DNA of 62,397 bases, counting the filler, from Candidatus Tectimicrobiota bacterium (GTDB lineage Bacteria; JACPSX01), in assembly GCA_016193065.1 (NCBI GenBank). It is 9 parts of 9 records of this genome, joined end to end, with 100 filler letters (N's around TTAATTAATTAA, not from the genome) between each part and the next. Parts side by side here need not be neighbours in the genome. Positions count along the whole stretch, not along the records: positions 54,829 to 59,387 come from JACPSX010000251.1; positions 59,488 to 62,397 come from JACPSX010000252.1; 7 more parts are not named here. One strand, written 5' to 3'. Shown in pieces: positions 56,796 to 62,397 of this stretch (within the stretch, counting starts at the first letter, position 1; each line of letters starts with the position of its first letter). The notes beneath the pieces were generated by a model. The model was not told the origin of the DNA. It made no database searches and worked only from the letters and a program-made list of their open reading frames with translations. A program made the translations under genes and the position numbers.

Positions 56796-58130
56796 TCAAA
56801 AGTCCGGCACATTTTCTAATCCGGGGATTGTGACCATCTCCGGGAAGGATCCATCTTTCGGCAACGTCGCGTCGATCCCCATGGCTTCCGTGCAGTGCGG
56901 CGCTCGGGCGGAAGGATCCAAGGGCGCGCCGTTGATCTGAGAGAGGATCAGGGCATCCCGAGCGGGCTGGCTCCGTGTGCATACCGCCCAGAGAACCTTC
57001 TCCAGGTCATAAATGTCGATGTCCTCATCCACTACAATCACGTACTTCGGTCCTGCCATCCCCAAAGCGGTCGCGATTAAATTTCTAGGCTCGAACTCCC
57101 GGGTTTTCTTCATGCTGACGATGAGCAGGTAGCCGGCGCCTCCGCAGAAAGGAAAGTGGACGGAGTGCACGCCGCAAAATTGCCGCCGCAGGGCGTTGAG
57201 GAAAGTCGCTTCCAGAGGGATTTGCTTTAAAACATGATTCTCCGTCGTCGGCATTCCTGTAAGCCCGGCGAGGTAGAGCGGGTTCTTTCGGTGAGTGATG
57301 GCCGTAACCTCAATGACGGGCTTGGAGGAGGGTGGCTGATAGTAGCCGGAAAATTCTCCAAAGGGTCCCTCACTCTCTCGCTCGTTCGGAAGGACGATGC
57401 CTTCGATAATAATTTCCGCATGAGCCGGCACCTCGAGGTCCACCGTAGCCGCCTTGACCAATTCGACGGGTCTACCGAGGACTCTTCCTGCCAGTCCCAG
57501 CTCATCCACTCGATAGGGAGCTTTCCACTGGCTGGCGATCAGAAGCTCCGGACTTACCCCCAACGCAATGGCTATCGGCAGTCCTCGGCCTTTCGTTTCT
57601 GCGCGCGCCAAATGGATGGCCAGGTGTTGAGCCATGATGCCGAGACGGTTTTTGCTCTTTAGCTGTAACCGATAGAGCCCGAGATTTCTGCGCCCGCTAT
57701 CCGGATCCTTGCTGATGGCAAGGCCCATCGTGATGAAGGGAGCCACGTCCTTTTCTGAAGAGGTCATGACCGGGAGCCTGGTGAGATCCACGTCGCTTCC
57801 CGTGTGGCAAACTTCCGTGCACGCGCCGTTGGGAACCGTTATGGAAGGGATGGGGTCCGCCATCGACTCCACAAGTTTTTCCACTGCGCTTCTCTGATCA
57901 GCGACCCCCAATACTTTTAATAGACGCCGTTGCGCGGCAAAGAGCCCGCCGATTACGGGCATCTGAGATCCCTTGACGTGCTCGAAAAGCAGGGCGGGTC
58001 CTTGCCGGTCGCTGGTTTTTCGGATATATGCGGCGATCTCGTGAATCGGGTCGACCTCTCGTTCAATGCGGACCAGATCTTTTTCTTGCTCCAAAAACGT
58101 TAGAAACTCTCGCAAATCAATAAACGGCAT
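56796..58130 (-). CDS. UbiD-family (prFMN-dependent) decarboxylase
   Basis: DLREFL, NLGLYR, EGPFGEFSGYY, VVDEDIDIYD, MGIDAT. Confidence 0.93.
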   Translation of the reverse strand: MPFIDLREFLTFLEQEKDLVRIEREVDPIHEIAAYIRKTSDRQGPALLFEHVKGSQMPVIGGLFAAQRRLLKVLGVADQRSAVEKLVESMADPIPSITVPNGACTEVCHTGSDVDLTRLPVMTSSEKDVAPFITMGLAISKDPDSGRRNLGLYRLQLKSKNRLGIMAQHLAIHLARAETKGRGLPIAIALGVSPELLIASQWKAPYRVDELGLAGRVLGRPVELVKAATVDLEVPAHAEIIIEGIVLPNERESEGPFGEFSGYYQPPSSKPVIEVTAITHRKNPLYLAGLTGMPTTENHVLKQIPLEATFLNALRRQFCGVHSVHFPFCGGAGYLLIVSMKKTREFEPRNLIATALGMAGPKYVIVVDEDIDIYDLEKVLWAVCTRSQPARDALILSQINGAPLDPSARAPHCTEAMGIDATLPKDGSFPEMVTIPGLENVPDF

Positions 58131-58210
58131 AACCGCTCTCCTAGGACGTTACAACCTTGCTGAAACTCTCGGTCAAATATTTCATAATGGGGAGCGTTTC
58201 TCAGTATCAC

Positions 58211-58684
58211 CTAAACGTGCACTTCTCCTCGGGCCACGGATAGGACGGCCTCGATGATGCGATGATAACCCGTGCAGCGGCAGAGATTGCCGGCCAAGGC
58301 TCTTTTCACGTCCGCCTCAGTCGGTTTCGGGTTCGCATCGAGCAAAGCTTTGGCGGAAAGAATCATGCCGGGAGTGCAGTAACCGCACTGAGAAGCGCCG
58401 AATGTACGAAACGCTTCCTGGAGCGGATGCAGTGTTCCTTCGTGCGCGAGTCCCTCGATAGTGACAATGGTGCTGCCGTTGACGAAGGGCGCCAGGTAAG
58501 TGCACGAGCTGACCGGAACTCCGTCGACTAATACCGTGCAAGCCCCGCACGCTCCCATGCCGCAAACTTCCCGGGCTCCGGTAAAACCTAATGTTCTCGT
58601 CAGCATCTTGAGAAGCGTTTCTTCCGACGAGACCTGAAGCATTCGCTCGACCCCATTCACAGTGCAACGAATCTGATGTTCCAA
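58211..58684 (-). CDS. (2Fe-2S) small subunit of a molybdenum hydroxylase
   Basis: [28 protein letters not shown]. Confidence 0.93.
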   Translation of the reverse strand: MEHQIRCTVNGVERMLQVSSEETLLKMLTRTLGFTGAREVCGMGACGACTVLVDGVPVSSCTYLAPFVNGSTIVTIEGLAHEGTLHPLQEAFRTFGASQCGYCTPGMILSAKALLDANPKPTEADVKRALAGNLCRCTGYHRIIEAVLSVARGEVHV

Positions 58685-58721
58685 GTTTTCCCTCCAAACC
58701 TCTTTGCAGCGCTAAGAATCC

Positions 58722-59387
58722 TCAAGCTAAGGTGCGCGCGGATCCGAGCCCTTGTTTCGCTTCGTCCGGATGAAGTAGGACGGTAAGGACCTTGTCCGGT
58801 GTCAGAGGCAGAGAGAAGAGCCGGACATTGAGTGCACGAGCCACGGCATTGCCGATGGCTGCGCTCGTGGGCACGATAGCCGGTTCTCCGGCTCCTATTG
58901 CACCAAATGGTCCCTCGCGATGTGGGACCTCAATGAGAATTGCCTGCACAGGTGGTGCCTCGCAGATCGACAGCAGGCGGTAGTCGACCAGGTTGGGATT
59001 CAGCAGTTGGCCGTTATCCCAGCGCATCTCCTCGAAAAGCGTCATACTGACGCCCGAAGCGACGCCGCCTTCGATTTGGGCAGCACACAGCGTCGGGTTG
59101 ATCGCCTTACCTACATTGTGCGCCGCTACGTAGCGAAGCACGCGAACCGCGCCGGTCTCCAGATCGATTTCCGCCTCGCACCCGCCGGCACCCGTGAAAT
59201 AGTAGGTTGAACCTTTGCCCTGGCCGGTCTCTCGATCCAGAGACGCCTCCGACCTGCTGATGCCGGTGACGGAGATCGAGCCTCCGTACCCGAAGGCCCG
59301 GCTCAAGACCTCGCCGAAGCTCAGGCTACGATTCGAGGTTCCTTTCACGGCCACTCGCCCGTCGGAAATTTCGAGATCTTCTTGGGA
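58722..59387 (-). CDS. Xanthine dehydrogenase-family molybdopterin-binding subunit, 5'-truncated
   Basis: DLETGAVRV, VGKAINP, QIEGG, GPFGAIGAGE, AIGNAV. Confidence 0.92.
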   Translation of the reverse strand, partial: SQEDLEISDGRVAVKGTSNRSLSFGEVLSRAFGYGGSISVTGISRSEASLDRETGQGKGSTYYFTGAGGCEAEIDLETGAVRVLRYVAAHNVGKAINPTLCAAQIEGGVASGVSMTLFEEMRWDNGQLLNPNLVDYRLLSICEAPPVQAILIEVPHREGPFGAIGAGEPAIVPTSAAIGNAVARALNVRLFSLPLTPDKVLTVLLHPDEAKQGLGSARTLA

Positions 59388-59487
59388 NNNNNNNNNNNNN
59401 NNNNNNNNNNNNNNNNNNNNNNNNNNNNNNNTTAATTAATTAANNNNNNNNNNNNNNNNNNNNNNNNNNNNNNNNNNNNNNNNNNNN
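59388..59487. other. Artificial contig linker
   Basis: N44-TTAATTAATTAA-N44. Confidence 0.99.
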
Positions 59488-60324
59488 CCCTTTTTCCTGA
59501 GCCACTCGGACGGTATACGATGCCAGAGCCCGGAAGAGAGGAGCGAGTTCGGGCGCATGTTGATCGAGGGCTTGCAGTTGCGCAGCGACGGTCTCCACAT
59601 CACCGCGGGCGATGGGCCCCGTCAGCGCACCGGCGGGACCCAGGCGCTCCACGTTGTCCAGCGTGGCCCTGATCAACGGGAACAGAGCCCGGAGAGCCTC
59701 TTTGTGTCCCAGTCCACCGGACTCGAGGATGCGGATACTGTAAGAGATCAGAGTGACGAGAAAATTCGAGGCGCTCGAGGCCGCCCCGTGGTAGAGGGGC
59801 TTGGGCAATGTTTCCGGAAGGTTCAGAATCTTCCCACCCAGGGCCCGCACCAGCGGCCGGGCCAGGCGAACCCCTCCGGGGTCTCCCTCCACTGTAAACC
59901 AGACGGATTTCATTGACTCGATTGCAGCGTCCACATCGGGGAACGTGTACAGGGGGTGGAGGGAGGCGCCGTGAATCCCGGCCTGCCGGCAGGGACCCAG
60001 AATCCTCCAGGAATGCGCCCCGCTAAAATGCGCCAGGAGAGCCCCCCTGGCCAGTCTCCCGGAGGCGAGAAGCGTTTGGGCCACCTGAGAGATGGCCCGG
60101 TCCGGCGTGGCAATAAAGACGTACCGGGATCTCTGCACCACGTCGGCCGGGATCGTTGAGTAGGCTTGGGCCCCCATGCGCTGGGCGGCCCTGCGGGCGG
60201 ACACCAGCCGGCGGCTGGCAACGCCCACCGGCTGGTACCCCTGACGGGCTAGTAGGCACCCTATTGCGGTTCCGACGGTGCCCGCCCCGATGATGGAAAA
60301 GGCTTTGGTAGGCATCACGGGCAA
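59488..60324 (-). CDS. Rossmann-like/DUF2520 protein (PanG-type ketopantoate reductase-like), 3'-truncated
   Basis: IIGAGTVG, HFSGA, SLHP, YHGAAS.ASN, ALTGPIARGD; start 60324 or 60315. Confidence 0.88.
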
Positions 60325-60399
60325 TAAGAGCCCGTTTCAAAGCATAGGAGGGGGGCCTTGAGAGCAGGGCACCCGCAAGGCGGGTACCCGGGAGCCGGA

Positions 60400-60594
60400 C
60401 TAGGCCCTTTTGACATGGAGTGATCCACGGAAGTAGCTTTTGAAGTAGGTCCATACGTCGAGGACGAGATCCCAGGGCTTGGTCTTCAAGATCTCGCGCT
60501 CTTCCTGCGGGATCGATAGGACCTTGCGCAAGGCCTCGCTCCACTCCGGGCTGGACAGATCTACGACTTCGGGTTTCCTGCTGAGAAGTGGCAT
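60400..60594 (-). CDS. Small hypothetical protein (64 aa)
   Basis: GGAGGTG RBS, GC-typical codons, co-oriented with the DUF2520 gene. Confidence 0.5.
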   Translation of the reverse strand: MPLLSRKPEVVDLSSPEWSEALRKVLSIPQEEREILKTKPWDLVLDVWTYFKSYFRGSLHVKRA

Positions 60595-60821
60595 GGGTTC
60601 AATCACCTCCGCGACCAATTATAGCATCTCACCTCCTGGTCAACGAGGGTTCTACATGTGCAGGCTTTTTTTCCCCTTTTTAAGGGCCAGAAAGGTCACA
60701 CCCTGTTACACCGGCCCTCAGTCTGTGACCTTCCGCGCTGGAGGAGCGGGATAGGCCGGGTGCGGTTTTCCCGTGGCGCGGGTCTTGATGCAAGGTTGGA
60801 CAGGGTGAGTTTCAAAACCGC

Positions 60822-60850
60822 TTGATTCCCCGGGGGTGGGATGTTAGAGT
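60822..60850 (+). promoter_or_regulatory. sigma70-type promoter for mtnP-hemL
   Basis: TTGATT, 17 bp, TAGAGT with extended TG. Confidence 0.5.
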
Positions 60851-60874
60851 TGCAAAATCAACTGGAAGGAGGCA

Positions 60875-61744
60875 GTGTTGAATGCTCCCAGGGTCGGCAT
60901 TATCGGTGGCAGCGGGCTCTACGAGATGCCCGGCTTCACGGTGGCGGAGCGCAGAGCCCTTTCAACCCCATTTGGGGAGCCCTCGGATGAGTACGTGGTG
61001 GGCTCTTTGGGGGGGAGGGAGGTGGTTTTCCTGCCCAGACATGGGAGGGGCCACCGGATTATGCCCTCGGAGCTCAATTTCCGGGCCAATCTTTTCGGCT
61101 TCAAATTGCTTGGGGTCGAGTGGGTCATCTCGGTCAGTGCCGTCGGGAGCATGAAGGAAGGGATCGCCCCGGGGCACATCGTGATACCGGACCAGTTCTT
61201 CGATCGCACGAAGGGGAGGCCTTCGACCTTTTTCGGGCGCGGGCTTGTGGTCCACACGGGCTTTGCGGACCCGGTGTGCTCCGATCTCTGCCGGGTTCTG
61301 GTACGGGCGGCCACAGAAGAGGGGGCAACGGTACATGACGGGGGGGTCTATCTGTGCATTGAGGGCCCGCAGTTCTCTACCCGGGCCGAGTCCCGCATCT
61401 TCCGGCAGTGGGGGGTGGATGTGATCGGCATGACAAACCTTCCCGAAGCCCGGCTCGCTCGTGAGGCGGAAATCTGCTATGCCACGCTTGCTCTGGTTAC
61501 TGATTACGACTGCTGGCACGAAGGGTCCGAGGACGTGACTGTGGAGATGGTCATCGAGACGTTGAACAAGAACGTTCTCCTGGCTCAGCAGATCGTGGGG
61601 AGGGCCGTGGGATTGATCTCCCCGGACCGGACCTGCGCCTGTCCACATGCTCTGAAGGATGCCATCATCACGGCCCGGGACAGAATTCCAGCGGACGTGC
61701 GTTTGGAGCTTGCTCCCTTGCTGGACAAGTATCTGAGCCATTAA
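60875..61744 (+). CDS. mtnP: S-methyl-5'-thioadenosine phosphorylase
   Basis: [48 protein letters not shown]. Confidence 0.95.
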   Translation: MLNAPRVGIIGGSGLYEMPGFTVAERRALSTPFGEPSDEYVVGSLGGREVVFLPRHGRGHRIMPSELNFRANLFGFKLLGVEWVISVSAVGSMKEGIAPGHIVIPDQFFDRTKGRPSTFFGRGLVVHTGFADPVCSDLCRVLVRAATEEGATVHDGGVYLCIEGPQFSTRAESRIFRQWGVDVIGMTNLPEARLAREAEICYATLALVTDYDCWHEGSEDVTVEMVIETLNKNVLLAQQIVGRAVGLISPDRTCACPHALKDAIITARDRIPADVRLELAPLLDKYLSH

Positions 61745-61754
61745 GGTGTCTCTC

Positions 61755-62397
61755 ATGTTCGAGCGCTCAAGAGAGCTTTTTTCTCTGGCCCGAAAAGTGA
61801 TTCCCGGTGGAGTGAACAGCCCGGTGCGGGCCTTCAAGGCCGTGGGCGCTGACCCTGTGTTTGTGGCCCGGGCTGAGGGGTGCCGCATCTTTGACGTGGA
61901 TGGAAATTCCTATATCGATTACGTGGGCTCCTGGGGGCCTATGATCCTGGGGCACGCTCATCCCGAGGTAATTGCCGCCATTAAGGAGGCCGCGGGCAGG
62001 GGGACCAGCTATGGAGCTCCCACGGAACTGGAAGTGCTCCTGGCCCAAAAAATCGTGCAGGAAGTCCCCTCCGTGGAGATGGTGAGACTGGTGAGCTCGG
62101 GGACCGAGGCGGTCATGAGCGCGATCCGGGTGGCCCGGGCTTACACGGGGAAAGATAAGATCCTGAAAATGGCCGGGTGTTACCATGGCCACGACAACTC
62201 TCTGCTCGTGCAAGCGGGCTCCGGAGCCACGACCCTGGGGATTCCCGATAGCCCCGGGGTCCCTGCCTCACTGGCCCAACTGACCCTCACGGTCTCCTAC
62301 AACGACCTGGCGGCCGTCGAACAGGTGCTCCAGAAGGAGGGGAACCAGATCGCTTGCCTGATCGTGGAGCCCGTGGCCGGGAACATGGGGGTGATCC
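61755..62397 (+). CDS. hemL: Glutamate-1-semialdehyde 2,1-aminomutase, runs off the window
   Basis: [47 protein letters not shown] (translated from sequence; absent from the ORF track). Confidence 0.95.
   Translation, partial: MFERSRELFSLARKVIPGGVNSPVRAFKAVGADPVFVARAEGCRIFDVDGNSYIDYVGSWGPMILGHAHPEVIAAIKEAAGRGTSYGAPTELEVLLAQKIVQEVPSVEMVRLVSSGTEAVMSAIRVARAYTGKDKILKMAGCYHGHDNSLLVQAGSGATTLGIPDSPGVPASLAQLTLTVSYNDLAAVEQVLQKEGNQIACLIVEPVAGNMGVI

Noticed and set aside
6704-59487. Eight identical TTAATTAATTAA motifs inside N runs
   Set aside because: Artificial six-frame-stop linkers between contigs; ORFs containing X and any cross-linker synteny are artefacts

Overview
GC-rich bacterial DNA, most likely a metagenome-assembled genome (Deltaproteobacteria/Nitrospinae-Tectomicrobia-like gene content; taxonomy is inference). 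It is nine unrelated contigs joined by eight artificial 100-bp N/TTAATTAATTAA linkers, so synteny across linkers means nothing. Most of the content is housekeeping or metabolic: tRNA-Leu(CAG), an HD-GYP/hybrid kinase operon, a CDF transporter, fusA, coaBC, udg, aroF, rlmD, ychF, a PGI-like gene, kimA-trkA-trkA, rmuC, recD2, a UbiD decarboxylase, Mo-hydroxylase subunits, mtnP, hemL and many orphan solute-binding proteins. The notable signals are unannotated. (1) A complete leader-peptide attenuator upstream of DAHP synthase, with control codons W-R-Y-F-Y-C-F-Y-F covering all three aromatic amino acids. (2) An integrase-less integron-like cassette chain at 51.1-53.0 kb, with an ankyrin cassette, an ORF-less cassette carrying a sigma-54 promoter, a cassette with a non-canonical GAT/ATC core, and an IS1-family end cutting the last attC. 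(3) A toxin-antitoxin array punctuated by repeated 3' ends of a coxS-like gene. (4) A highly structured ~235-nt candidate ncRNA. (5) A 33-aa Lys/Arg-rich peptide with its own consensus promoter. (6) A MITE nested in a REP-like palindrome. (7) An island junction in comM.
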